Origin: Octopus bimaculoides
Taxonomy: Eukaryota
DNA length: 64,000 nt
NCBI RefSeq assembly: GCF_001194135.2
Contig: NC_068984.1
Location: 11,590,132-11,654,131 of the forward strand
Reading direction: 5' to 3'
Under the pieces are notes generated by a model. The model had not been told where the DNA came from, did no database searches, and saw only the letters and a program-made list of their open reading frames with translations. A program made the position numbers and the translations under genes. Positions 11,465-23,844 of the stretch are shown piece after piece. How positions within the stretch are numbered: position 1 is the first letter of the stretch; every line of letters starts with the position of its first letter.

Positions 11465-12130
11465 AAAGTCAGTAATATTAGGGTGAGGGGCAAACTCGAT
11501 GACATTGGCCTCAGCGCTCAAATGGTATTATTTTATTGACTCCAAAAGGATAAAAGGCAACTCAACCTTGGTAGAATTTGAACTCAGAATGTAAAGAATT
11601 GGATGAAATGTTGCTAAACATTCTATCTAACGTTCTAATAATTTTGCCAACTCACTGCTTTTCTTTCTAATTTTGGCACAAGGCCGGCAATTTTAGGCTA
11701 AGGGCAAGTTGATTACATTACCTTCAATACATGACTGGTACTAAAGCAGCCAGCTGGTAGAATCGTTAGCATGCTGGGCGAAATGCTTAGCAGTATTTTG
11801 TCTGCCGATACATTCTGAGTTCAAATTTCGCCGAGGTTGACCTTACCTTTTATCCTTTTGGGGTCGATTAAATAAGTACCAGTTACGCACTGGGATCGAT
11901 GTAATCGACTTAATCCCTTCCCCCGAATTTGAGGCCTTCTGCTTCCAGTAGAAAAGATTATCATCAGTAAGTGACCTCAGTAGCGCAGTAGGCAGCGCAT
12001 CAGTCTCCTAATCAAGTACTTGACTGGTACTTTATTTTATCAGCAGATTTTGAACTCAGAATGTAAGAAGTTGCTAGAAATGCTGTAAAGCATGTCTAAT
12101 AAGTTAATGATTCTTCCAGCTTATCACCTT
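11465..12130. mobile_element. Cluster of family F SINE copies in both orientations
   Basis: agctggtagaatcgttagc...gagttcaaatt...ggggtcgat at 11748-11962 (+); reverse copies at about 11465-11740 and 12010-12130. Confidence 0.7.
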
Positions 12131-12187
12131 AACTCTTTTACATTATGATACAATAATGACAAAAAAACTATGACATCAATGTATATA

Positions 12188-12421
12188 CAGGGTGTTCAGA
12201 AAGTCTCTCTGCAGTAAGTACTTAATGGTTTCCAGGCAATTCTTGTACACTGATCCTTTACTTGCTCCCTAGAAAATAAAGTCTGGCGGTGTTAAATCAG
12301 GTGATCTTGGTGGCCAGAGTCCCTTTGAAATAATGCATTTACTGAAAAACTCTTGAAGTAGCACCATGGTGATGCACAGGATGAAAAAGATTTACTGCCG
12401 AGAGACTTTTTGAACATCCTA
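12188..12421 (-). mobile_element. Internally deleted Tc1/mariner element
   Basis: TA-flanked TIRs cagggtgttcagaaagtctc / gagactttttgaacatccta; internal WPPRSPDLTPPDFIF*G transposase motif on - (about 12270-12320). Confidence 0.8.
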
Positions 12422-13173
12422 TACTTCTGTCTATAATCTTAAAACATCCATTTGAAGCTTGAATTATTGTGATGGCAGTGAATCAAATGCCAGCCTACTT
12501 TTTCTGTTTTTGTTTTACAATTAGCAACAGAGTTACCATATACTTAAATAAACATCTTTCAGTGGAACTCTCTTTGTTCCTTCATGATATCAGCTGGCTC
12601 TTCTCATTAACACTTAATATTACTTCACTTGTTAATTTTTCTGTATTCCCTTTTCTTGATGCAAGCAAATACTAGTCTTCTTTTTTTCTTTTCTGTTCTT
12701 ATTCTAGAGATTGTATTCAAATATGGAACTGCATATAACATCAATTAGCTAGCATAAGAAATGGAAGGAGAGCTTAGAAATTCAAATAACTTATGTGATT
12801 CAGTGTTTAATCTTACCATTTTTAAAAAAGTTTCTATCTCATTTCCGCTTTATTTCTTTTCTGTTTACCAATCTAGAACTTCATCTCTTGAGATATTGTT
12901 GCATTCAGTTTAGCAAAACACTTTATGTCTCGTTGCTCCAGTCCACTCAGCTGGCAAAAATGAGTAATCCTGTGACAGACCATCATCCCATCCAGGGGTT
13001 AATACATCCACCACAGAAACTAGGAAACTGACCACATGAGTCTGTATAACTTGGGAAGGATCTTTATCTTTTATTATTCTATATAAATATAATACACAAA
13101 CACATACTGGTACAGGATGAACTGATCTAAGGAAATAGTATAGTCACTAGCCGTTGCTTTTTGATTAGTGGTA

Positions 13174-13379
13174 CAGTAATCCCTCGCTATACTGCAGTTT
13201 ACTATTTAAGCTTACATTGATTCCTCTGTGGTGCTGTTTTGCATTTATAATAAAATAAACGTATACAAATTATAAAAAAAAAAAATATATATATATACAG
13301 TACTGTTTCTACTTCCTGGATTTTCATCTATCGTGGGGGCTTTTGGAACGTAACACCCACAAAAGTCGAGGGATTACTG
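13174..13379. mobile_element. pogo/Tigger-like MITE
   Basis: Perfect TIR cagtaatccctcg / cgagggattactg flanked by TA on both sides. Confidence 0.8.
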
Positions 13380-14252
13380 TAACCATAATTATAATCTTAT
13401 TCCTATCAATCTTAGAAGAGAAACGAGATATTGTGCAGTACATGATTTTCTAAACAGAATTCACGAGTGGCAAAGTGAAGTGAAATAGCTACAAGTGAGA
13501 ATTAAGATGGGATTGCAAAGTTGTTTTACTTCCTTTTCTATATTGTCCACTAAAAATGCACCCAGTTCATGTTGTAAAGTGGTTGGTCACAAGCATCTAG
13601 GTGTGAAAATCATACCAAAGAAAACATTGTTTTTGTATAGCAACAAAGATAGGCAGTTCTTTTCATTGCATGCATCAGATGATGGCAGACTGCAACAAAC
13701 CTGTCTGATACATGCTAGCATAGAGAAAACAGATCTAAAATGATGACTACGATAATATAAGATTACAAAGGGCCAAATAGTTGATTTTCTAACACAGCTT
13801 CTATAATTACAAATACAAAATAATAATATTAACCATATCATAGACATAAGCATAGCTGTATGGTAAGAAATTTGTTTCCCAGTCACATGAGTTCAGGTTC
13901 AGTCCCTTGGCACGACACTTTAGGCAAGTGTTTTCTATTATAGCTCTGAGCTGACCAAAGCCTTGTGATTGGATTTGGTAGACAGAAACTGGAAGAAGCT
14001 GGTCATACATGTGTGTGTGTGTGTGTTACTGTCTACTTGATAGTTATGAATGTCACTGTCATACAAGTGGTATCCATTGTTTCCAATTTTCCATGAAGAC
14101 ATGTTTGGCCATGGGGAAATATTACTTTATTCAGAAATAGGTGACGGTTGGCAACAGGAAGCATGCAAAAGTGGACATTAAAACAATGACGATGATGATG
14201 ATGAATGAGAAATATAAAAATTACAAGAAAGAAAAGTGAATAACTTCCAAAA

Positions 14253-14258
14253 TTTATT
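14253..14258 (-). terminator. Candidate polyadenylation signal (AATAAA) of glycogen phosphorylase
   Basis: AATAAA on - about 450 nt after the stop, followed by a U-rich tract. Confidence 0.4.
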
Positions 14259-14710
14259 CTTTAATTTCAGAAATGGATTCAATTAAATTCCACAATGCAT
14301 AAATTGTTTTATCATTAAAGAATATTGATTTTTAAAGCAGATTGACTACACTTTCAGTTTATGTTACAGAGCCGTCAGAGTGAGAAAATAAGTAATATGT
14401 TATACATATTTTCAGATTATTTCAACAAGAGTAGAGTGATGTAGGAGAAAACTAATAACTGGCAAAATATAAAAATTCCTCATAGATAATAAAAGTTTGA
14501 AGCTAAGGGTGGGAGAAAAAAGATATTTTTATTATAGGCTAATACAAGTGGGACATGTTGGAAAAATCTGCTAAACAATATCATGATTTAAGTGTGAGAA
14601 TATAGTAAATCTTTTAAATAGAATTGCTAGTAAAATTTAACAAAGTTCATAGTATTATATGTCAAATACCAACAAGATAACAGAGCATTGCAACTTATTG
14701 AATTGCCTGC

Positions 14711-14878
14711 TTATTCCTCCGCCTGTTCACCCTGCTGTTCACCAGGTGGTGGAAGTTTAAGATCTGATGGCTCCACACCCCAAATCTCACGAGCATACTC
14801 ACTGATTGTGCGATCGCTGGAGAATTTGCCAGAAGCAGCAATGTTGTAAACACATTTTTTGGCCCATTCAGTAGGATT
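14711..14878 (-). CDS. PYG: Glycogen phosphorylase exon 17 (168 nt incl. [11 protein letters not shown]...[22 protein letters not shown]...EQAEE*)
   Basis: [10 protein letters not shown] motif; cag| acceptor; stop TAA at 14713-14711; total CDS 2547 nt = 848 aa if exon 9 is 147 nt. Confidence 0.95.
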   Translation of the reverse strand, partial: NPTEWAKKCVYNIAASGKFSSDRTISEYAREIWGVEPSDLKLPPPGEQQGEQAEE

Positions 14879-15064
14879 CTGTGGAAGGGGGAAAAAAAGA
14901 AGAAGATATATATGAGCTTCAAACAGATTCTTAAAAAATGAAAATCTTGGATATTATTTTGTTCATAATTGTTTTTTATAATGAAGATTTAGCAAGACAT
15001 ACTTTCAGATAGGGAATACAGTAACATTGTGTGGTTACTGGGTCTATGGTTTACGTCTCGTTCG

Positions 15065-15445
15065 TGGCACTCCGTCGGTTACGACGACGAGGGTTCCAGT
15101 TGATCCAATCAACAGAACAGCCTGCTTGTGAAATTAACGTGCAAGTGATTGAGCGCTCCACAGACACGTTTACCCTTAATGTAGTTCTCGGGGAGATTCA
15201 GTGTGACACAGTTTGTGACAAGGCTGGCCCTTCGAAATACAGGTACAACAGAAACAGGAAGAAAGAGTGAGAGAAAGTTGTGGTGAAAGACTACAACAGG
15301 GTTTGCCGTCACCCCCTGCTGGAGCCTCATGGAGCTTTAGGTGTTTTTGCTCAATAAACACTCACAATGCCTGGTCTGGGAATCGAAACCGCGAACCTAT
15401 GACTGCGAGTCTACTGCCCTAACCACTGGGCCATTGTGCCTCCAC
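15065..15445 (-). mobile_element. SINE family C, full length (PYG intron 16)
   Basis: Reverse complement of the 8853 and 20181 copies. Confidence 0.85.
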
Positions 15446-15450
15446 AATAA

Positions 15451-15775
15451 CAGCACTCCGTCACTTACGACAACAAGGGTCTCAGCTGATATGATCAACG
15501 GAACAACTTGCTCATGAAATTAACATGCAAGTGGCTGAGCACTCCACAGACATGTGTAACCTTAACGAAGTTCTCAGGGAGATTCAGCGTAACACAGAGT
15601 GTGACAAGACTGGCCCTTTGAAATACAGGTACTACTCATTTTAGCAGCTGAGTAAACTGGAGCAACATGAAATAAAGTGTCTTGCTCAAGGACACAACGC
15701 ATCACCAGGAAGTGAACTCACACGACCTTACAATTATGAGCAGAATGCCCTAACCACTAAGCCACGCGCCTTCAC
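15451..15775 (-). mobile_element. SINE family D (3' half shared with family C, different head/central domain), tandem with the family C copy
   Basis: Shared cactccacagac...gagattcagcg; central gtgtccttgagcaagacactttatttc domain also seen at about 34510. Confidence 0.7.
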
Positions 15776-16474
15776 ATCTCATTAGTGGTGCTCTGTAATA
15801 TCGGTGATAACAGTAGTTATCAGGGGCCTTGTGCACTAATTTATCAGTCCATTACTGATGCAAATAGTGGAGCTGTAATACATTTGACAAGGGTCTGTTA
15901 ACTTGCAATACAGATCTTAAATACTCAAGTGATTTCCTAGAAACTGAAGTAGAGAGCATTTCCATTGTAGTCTTACATGGATCACTACATTGAAATATAG
16001 ACTTAGTGGTTCAATGATATTAGTATAATCAACTATTGAACAGAAACTGGACACTATTTTGTTTTTTCAGCACATGGTCTCAAATTATAGGCCACAATTA
16101 TTAAGAATACCTATTTATAGTAGTGGAGTATATCTATAACTAGCCTGAACTGGATTATCAAACCCAACCTCTATTACTGGTTGGTTATCAGGCAGTTTCT
16201 CTCTCAGTTAAATAACAGCATCACTGAACAGGGTTATCGCCTAAATTTTGAAGATATTAGTGAAACTGTTTAGAGAGCTAGTAGATATATTGGCAGGTCA
16301 AGCAACTATAATAACTCTCAAATTTTGTCAAATCCTAGATGTAGTGAATGGAAATATTTGCTGAAAATAGGTAAACCCAAGAATAAACTATTTACAATAT
16401 TTAGCAAAATAAATAAATAAAACAACAGTGAATGTGTTCAAATGACAGAAATATAAATAGTTTTATTTTCTCAC

Positions 16475-16541
16475 CTTGAAAACTTCCTCTACTTGAGCTT
16501 GGGCTTTGATGTAACTTTCGAAGTCAGCACATAGCATGTAA
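16475..16541 (-). CDS. PYG: Glycogen phosphorylase exon 16 (67 nt, HYMLCADFESYIKAQAQVEEVFK)
   Basis: ADFESY motif; cag|/|gtgaga. Confidence 0.92.
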
Positions 16542-18924
16542 CTGAAAATGGAGAAGATAAAAATAATGCAGTAAAAAAAAAAAAAAAAAAAAAAAAAANN
16601 NNNNNNNNNNNNNNNNNNNNNNNNNNNNNNNNNNNNNNNNNNNNNNNNNNNNNNNNNNNNNNNNNNNNNNNNAACAATGCAACAAATATCTGACATAAAG
16701 AAAGAAGACAAAGGATTCACTTGTAAATATGGACATAAAAATAAAGATAATGATGACAAATGTGATAACAATCCATTATAAATTTAGTATGTTTCATTTA
16801 ATTCTTCCTGAATCCTTATCAAAGTATCTGAGAAGGTCAGAGTGTAAAACCTTTATTAAATGGATCTCATAATAACTTTATTTCAACTACATATTTATTA
16901 TTAACAAATAGATCTGGTATGACATCGAATCATTAGATGTAATTGACAGCTTTAAGTTGTAAAATGATATAAATATTGAAACCTCTGCAACTTGTCCAAA
17001 CATTTAATTTAATATTTTCTTAGATGTCTAAAAAGTCAAACTATATATGAATATTTTACTATTCAATTCAATATTCTTTTAAACATTAAATTATTGAAAA
17101 AACTCTCTTTAAAAATATATTTGAATCTTTGTACAAGGAATTTATCTGGGTGTCATTCTTTTAGTGTGTGTTATCTATCCTTCTCCTTCCCAACATCCCA
17201 TTTTGGCAAGCTATTGAAACACTGACTACCTAATCTACCTAGAGTTGACCTATGTCTCCCAAAATGAACTATTTATATCCATATGTACAGAGTTAGAGAC
17301 AGTCAAGTGTTTTTACAAGCATGCAGTTCTCTGCTAGAGATGAGATATGAAAAGGTCATTCTTTGGTCAGCATCTACAACCAATATGGTATTAAGTGTGT
17401 ACTAAAGAACTTTTTACTGTTTGCATTACTTCTACCTTACTTGGGTGGAAAAGTTTCAAAAATTCAGGCTTGTCTATATTGTTGGTTGGAACAAGTAACA
17501 AGTAATTTTATAACTGAATGCATTCAACTGTTAAGTAGTACTAGTGTGTTGGGTCGGTAGATTGATGGAAGAAAACTCATCTGTGAAGCCCAAACGAACA
17601 AGATAACAGCTGCAATGTTGGAACTGATATCAATATATGATTTGTAATCCACTACGTTAACCTCAAAGCCATTGTACTACTCTAATAATTTAATCTCAGT
17701 GGTTTATTATTTTTTATTATTAACTCTCCCTTTACTATAAAAACTCACTTTGAAATATATATTAGATATTCACCACTGGATTAACAAGAATTTAAGTAAA
17801 TGTATTAGCTTAGTTTTATGAATACACCTCTACTTAATTTTTATATGTATACTAGTAGCTTAATATGTTTCCATAACAAAAATATTCAAATCATCATCAT
17901 TTAATGTCCGTTGTCCATGCTGGCATGGGTTGGACAGTTTGACCAGGGCTGGTAAGCTGGAAGGTTGCACCAGACTCCAGTCTGATTTGGCATGGTTTTC
18001 TATGGCTGGATACCCTTCCTAACACCAGCCACTCTGAGAGTGTAATGGGGGACACCAGTATCTGCCATGACTGTGATTTTGTTCAGCTTGATGGGTCTTT
18101 TTCTCAAGCATGACATGTAAAAATTATCTTAAAAATTAATTAAGAGTACAAAATTTAACTTTTTACCCTATTTATTTCTGCTTTCTTTTTGGTTGGCTTG
18201 GGTCACACTTGGTAAATATGTTTGTTCTGTCTTATTCTTTTTTGGATAGTCGCAGAGACTTACTATAAAGCAAAATTACACAAAGATATGACACCCCTTC
18301 TGTGCCACCAGTTATCTCTCTCTTCTCCTGAGCCACATCTTATGACTGCCACATCTCATTCTTGACACTCTGTCCTGCCTCCCTGCAGATGTTTGTCATT
18401 TACTATATCCACACTGACATACCTCCGATTTCTATTCCTGATTGTACCCCTCTCTCCCCACACACCTCCCTTACCTACTAAGCATCCCCACCCCCATCAT
18501 CTCCCTATTTCTCATCAACTAATTTTATTATTCAGCTGCTCTCTACCCCTTTTATACTGCTGCTTATCTTCTCCTCCCTCCTAAGCCATTTCTATTTTGT
18601 ATCATGTTTTTTCCCCAAACTCATATTTACCATCAACCATGCCTCTACTCTTGTTCACTATTCATTATATTCACCCCTACCCATCTCTCCTCTTATACTC
18701 TTGCACACTTACCCACCTGCCTTTCTCTACCTTCTGATCCCACTATCTAGTCACTGTCTCTCCAGCTATTTTCGCCCACATAAATGTAAAAATTTCACCC
18801 AAACCAGACACAGGAGCTAAACGCATTTCCAGGACTTGTGAAATCCTGTTGAACTGTGCAACCCAAACCAGCAGACATGAAATGACGATGATGATGATAC
18901 AAATTAAAGAGAAAAGTCACTTAC

Positions 18925-19059
18925 TGATCACCATGTGCCAGGGTATTATAAATATCTGTGAAAAGTCCAGGCTCATGAGAGCAAAAATAGTTGTTACGGA
19001 TCTGCTCCAAAATTTGTTTAAGCTCTGGTATCTTCTCAATGAAGTCATGAGCATTGTAA
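18925..19059 (-). CDS. PYG: Glycogen phosphorylase exon 15 (135 nt, HYNAHDFIEKIPELKQILEQIRNNYF...LAHGD)
   Basis: Hand translation; cag|/|gtaagt; phase 2/2. Confidence 0.92.
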
Positions 19060-19525
19060 CTGTTGAAGATAAAAACAACATAGTGTTATATTTTGAATAT
19101 AGCTTTCCAAAAAAAAAACACACACATATTTAATATTATAAAGTCATGAAACAAAAAAATTAATTTTAATTTATATTGTTGAGTTTTCCTGAAGTTATTA
19201 GTTCAAAACAAGGAGAATTACCAATAGTAAGTAATTACCAATAGTAAGTAAACAGAGTCATGAGGAAATAATTATTCCAACTTACAATTCTTACTTTTAG
19301 CAAGTCGAGATTTAATGAGTAATTGATTTGCTGACCAAAACTTACACAAATTAGCTTCAGTATTATCAACAAATGTTTATAAGGATAATAACTAGTAAAT
19401 TTTATACAAAAGTATAGAATATACTAAAATATGTACAAAATAAACATCACACACGTCTTCAGTAATAAAGCATCATTTCAAATTTAGTTAACATAAGAGA
19501 AATTGGAGAACTTGAAACAAATTAA

Positions 19526-19680
19526 TTATAAAGAATTTCACCCAGCAAAATTAGCAAATTCCTTCAATTATAAAGACATGGATGTTTTGGAGAACTTGGA
19601 ATGAATTAATGGATTCCAAAACATCCATTTCTTTAAAATTGAAAGAATTTGCTAATTTTGCTGGGTGAAATTCTTTATAA
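19526..19680. repeat. 66-bp inverted repeat, 3 mismatches, 23-nt loop
   Basis: Arms 19526-19591 and 19615-19680 compared base by base. Confidence 0.95.
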
Positions 19681-19714
19681 ACAAGAAAAATAATAAACAC
19701 CAAAAGCTACTTAC

Positions 19715-20061
19715 TGACTCTTAAGTTTCTCTACTTGTTCAACAGTCATACCAAAGATGAAGATGTTTTCTGGCCCCATTTCTTCACTCATTTCAACATT
19801 GGCACCATCAAGTGTACCAATTGTGAGACCACCGTTCAGTTGGAATTTCATGTTACCGGTACCGGAAGCTTCCGTACCAGCAGTAGAAATCTGTTCACTA
19901 AGGTCAGCTGCAGGCATGATTTTCTCAGCAAGAGATACGCGATAATTTTCCAAGAAAACGACTTTCAGGCGATCTCCAATGATTGGATCATTATTCACAA
20001 CATTTCCGACTGCATTGATAAGTTTAATGATTAACTTTGCCATGTGGTAACCAGGAGCAGC
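19715..20061 (-). CDS. PYG: Glycogen phosphorylase exon 14 (347 nt, AAPGYHMAK...[14 protein letters not shown]...EKLKS), PLP lysine K682
   Basis: [12 protein letters not shown] motif, [10 protein letters not shown]; cag|/|gtaagt. Confidence 0.96.
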
Positions 20062-20180
20062 CTGAAATGAGTTTTCAAAATAATTATGTTAATTAATAAA
20101 ATGGTGTAGAATAATTAAAAAAAAATTTTCACTTAAGTAAGTGTACCTGCATATGTTTTGATAATTATAACCTTGAAGCC

Positions 20181-20570
20181 GTGGAGGCACAATGGCCCAG
20201 TGGTTAAGGCAGCGGACTCGCGGTCATAGGATCGCGGTTTCGATTCCCAGACCGGGCGTGGTGAGTGTTTATTGAGCGAAAACACCTAAAGCTCCACGAG
20301 GCTCCGGCAGCGGATGGTGGCGAACCCTGCTGTACTCTTTCACCACAGCGTTCTCTCACTCTTACTTCCTGTTTCTGTTGTGCCTGTAATTCAAAGGGTC
20401 AGCCTTGTCACGCTGTGTCACGCTGAATCTCCCTGAGAACTACGTTAAGGATACACGTGTCTGTGGAGTGCTCAGCCACTTGCAAGTTAATTTCACGAGC
20501 AGGCTGTTCCGTTGATCGGATCGACTGGAACCCTTGACGTCGTAAGCGACGGAGTGCCAATAACAACAAC
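20181..20570 (+). mobile_element. SINE family C, full length (PYG intron 13)
   Basis: Near-identical to the 8853 copy; (AAC)n-like tail. Confidence 0.85.
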
Positions 20571-22051
20571 CACCTTAAATCCATACTGTATCGTCACACA
20601 CATATCCAGCTACGATCCTCAGTACATGTAAAATAAGGATAGAAATGCTATGGTATGAATTTACTACTAGAATAGCAACACACTTATTTGATCATATATT
20701 GAGTACTTCAAGTTTTGTTTTTTAGTATGTAAAATCACAAGAAAAAACAAAACAATCTATTTATAGAAGCTAACAAATAAACCATGCTGTAGTCACTCAA
20801 CTTGCTAGAAATAGCTGCCTGGTCTTCCTTAAACCACACCCAAGCATCTTTTATAGAAGGGAGGATACTTTGGATTATGTAGTCCTCTCTCTCTCCTGAC
20901 AGCCATCACTTAACATCCACTTTTCCATGCATGCATGGGTTGGATGTAATTTGCGGTAGTTTTTCTATGGTTGGATGTCCTTCCTGTCATCAATCCTCAC
21001 CTGTTTCCAAGTAAGGTAATATTTCCCCCTACCCAGCATGTCATGGAAGGCAGGAAATGAAGAACACTGTTTGAATGATGTCACCATCATGCAAACTATC
21101 AGACAAAATCAAAGCAAAGAAACAACACACACACACACACATCATCATGAGTGGGACTTCTTTCAGTTTCCATCAATCAAATACACTCACAAAACTTTGG
21201 TCAGCCTATGTCCTCTGTAGAAGATAATGCAGTGGGCCAATAACCATGTGCTTAGGTAGAAAAGTTCTTACCATACAGCTATACCAGTACCTAAATAAAC
21301 TTGGTTTTATAAAACTGACCAGTTTTAAAGCATTTGTTTTAAACTATTTCACATCTGAAAACATATGTTTCACTGCTAGCATGTGACAATATCTAACAGT
21401 GGACACTTTCAATATTCTGCTTTTTTTATTTTGTTCTTGCACCAGGATCAGAAATTTTTCAACTGTACTTTCACCTCTATGAATGCAAATACTTGAAAAG
21501 TTTCCACTGAATTTCACTTTTTTTTTCTATAAATCACTTAATTAAACTAAACATTACTTATCCTGTAGCATGAATTTCCAAAGGGTGACAGATTAACAAG
21601 TTTTCTTCAATGCTACCTTCATAAATACAGCTTCCAAACACAATGGCTAAACCAGCATTGTCTTGATATGTAACAGAGTTTCTACCCTGATATACTGCTT
21701 TCAAATTTGGGCACAAGGCCAGCAATTTCGAGAGAGGGAATGAATTGATTATATCAACCCCAGTGCTCAACTAGTACTTATTTTATCAATCCTGAACAGA
21801 TGAAAGGCAAAGTTGACCGCAGTGGAATTTGTACTCAGAACATGAAAACGGATGAAATACCACTAAGCATTTTGCCAGCCTGCCACCTTTTTCTACCTGG
21901 ATATATTAACAGCATTCACTGATAAAATCAAATTTAAGTCATAGAGCAGATGAATTTACTAAATTAATAGTTAAAAATAAAATAACTTATAATTTTGCCT
22001 CTTGAAGAGGATGATGGATGAGATCAAACTGAAAACAAAAAAAGAAATTAC

Positions 22052-22258
22052 CTTTCCTCCAATCATTACTGTTCTGGGAACAACTTTTGCATTAGGATTC
22101 TTTTTGATCTTGTTGTAAAGATAAATAACATGTAAAACATTCAATAGTTGTCTCTTGTACTCATGAATCCTCTTCACCTGGATATCAAAGATTGATGCAG
22201 TGTTGACTTTGACATTTTGGTGTTTCTCCAGGTAAGCAGCCAACTTCATTTTATTTTC
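22052..22258 (-). CDS. PYG: Glycogen phosphorylase exon 13 (207 nt, ENKMKLAAY...[14 protein letters not shown]...MIGGK)
   Basis: [11 protein letters not shown] motif; cag|/|gtaatt. Confidence 0.96.
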
Positions 22259-22887
22259 CTGAAAAAAAGGTTTTAGTATACATAAACTGTTTTCAGACAG
22301 GACTCTTTCAATAATAGATTTTAAAAAAATATCTATTTCAAAACATCATCAGCATAAAAATTATTTTCACACACACACACACACACACACAACAGTCATC
22401 TGAACAAAAACCATAGGGTGAAACTTTAGTTTATTTTAACCAAATACTTTATCTCATAACTCAACAGGTCAACACAAGGTCTTTACATGGACTTGCACAA
22501 GAACTTTGAGGAGCTGAATGACAGCACAAACCCAAATCCCAGTGAGTTAAAGATGCTTTTTGCTCTACTACCAAATCATTTTTATCCACAACATACACTA
22601 AACTGACTCACTAAAACTTTTGTCAAAAAAAAAAAAAAAAAAAAAANNNNNNNNNNNNNNNNNNNNNNNNNNNNNNNNNNNNNNNNNNNNNNNNNNNNNN
22701 NNNNNNNNNNNNNNNNNNNNNNNNNNNNNNNNNNNNNNNNNNNNNNNNNNNNNNNNNNNNNNNNNNNNNNNNNNNNNNNNNNNNNNNNNNNNNNNNNNNN
22801 NNNNNNNNNNNNNNNNNNNNNNNNNNNNNNNNNNNNNNNNNNNNNNNNNNNNNNNNNNNNNNNNNNNNNNNNNNNNNNNNNNNNNNN

Positions 22888-22933
<46 letters not shown>

Positions 22934-23131
22934 TGTTCACAAGATATTTAGTTACACCATTTTACATAGATTTCATTAACATAAGGTGATTATTAGTTAC
23001 CTAATGTAAATTACATAAGACATTGTCAAATCATCAGAGAATTTTTATATGTAACACTACTGAACAGAAAAATGACAGGTTACATTCATAGTAAGAAAGA
23101 AGCCAAACTTTACTATCTATTGGACACTTAC

Positions 23132-23233
23132 TTGTTTCACCCTCATGATTTCTCTCAAAAAGTTTTGATCACCAATAAACTTTGTAAGTTCCTTTAGTTT
23201 AAAAAGATCTGTAACCCATCCTTCACCAATTTT
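23132..23233 (-). CDS. PYG: Glycogen phosphorylase exon 12 (102 nt, KIGEGWVTDLFKLKELTKFIGDQNFLREIMRVKQ)
   Basis: Hand translation; cag|/|gtaagt; length and frame fit. Confidence 0.93.
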
Positions 23234-23616
23234 CTGAAATAAAAAAGGGAAAAAAATAAAATAGATGCATTTTTAATTTTATTGAAATTTATTAATTTTC
23301 AGCTTTATTTAATGATATAATAATGAAAATACAATAAAAAGTCATAGGAAGATACAGACAAGAGATGACATAACTCAAAGTCTTTCCAAATTCTAGACGG
23401 CTTATCAGAATTGTGTGTATGCAGTATGTAGTAAATAATAAAAATGAACAAATTGGTGCTGGTATAATGTAATGAACCAGAAAAGCTTAATTAAAATTAC
23501 ATTTGCAGTGAAGAAAAAAAACACCAAATGATAAAATCTAGACAAGAAAGCAAGAAAAGATAACTCTGAACTTTAACTGTAATAGACAAATTCATCAGTT
23601 TGTTAGGAATAAAGTA

Positions 23617-23844
23617 TTGGGTTGTCCAGAAAGTTCGTGCCGATTTTTAAAGGAAAGAAAAAGGTCAGTAAATACTTGCCATTACATTTTTAATCAACCA
23701 AATATGAACCATTTTGTTGCACAATGCGTCTCCATCTTTCCTTTAACTTGAAAATACCCTCTTCCCAGAATTGAGGTGGTTTCATGGCAAATAAGTCGAA
23801 AGGTAAGCTACTATAAATCAGCACAAACTTTCTGGACAACCCAA
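23617..23844 (-). mobile_element. Young internally deleted mariner element
   Basis: TA-flanked ~30-bp TIRs ttgggttgtccagaaagtt(c/t)gtgc(c/t)gattt; intact transposase C-terminus KPPQFWEEGIFKLKERWRRIVQQNGSYLVD* on -. Confidence 0.88.

Noticed and set aside
16475-19059. GDHY...ADF segment resembling bacterial GlgP (possible HGT)
   Set aside because: Lies across ancestral animal intron positions in an otherwise typical metazoan enzyme; convergence is more likely.
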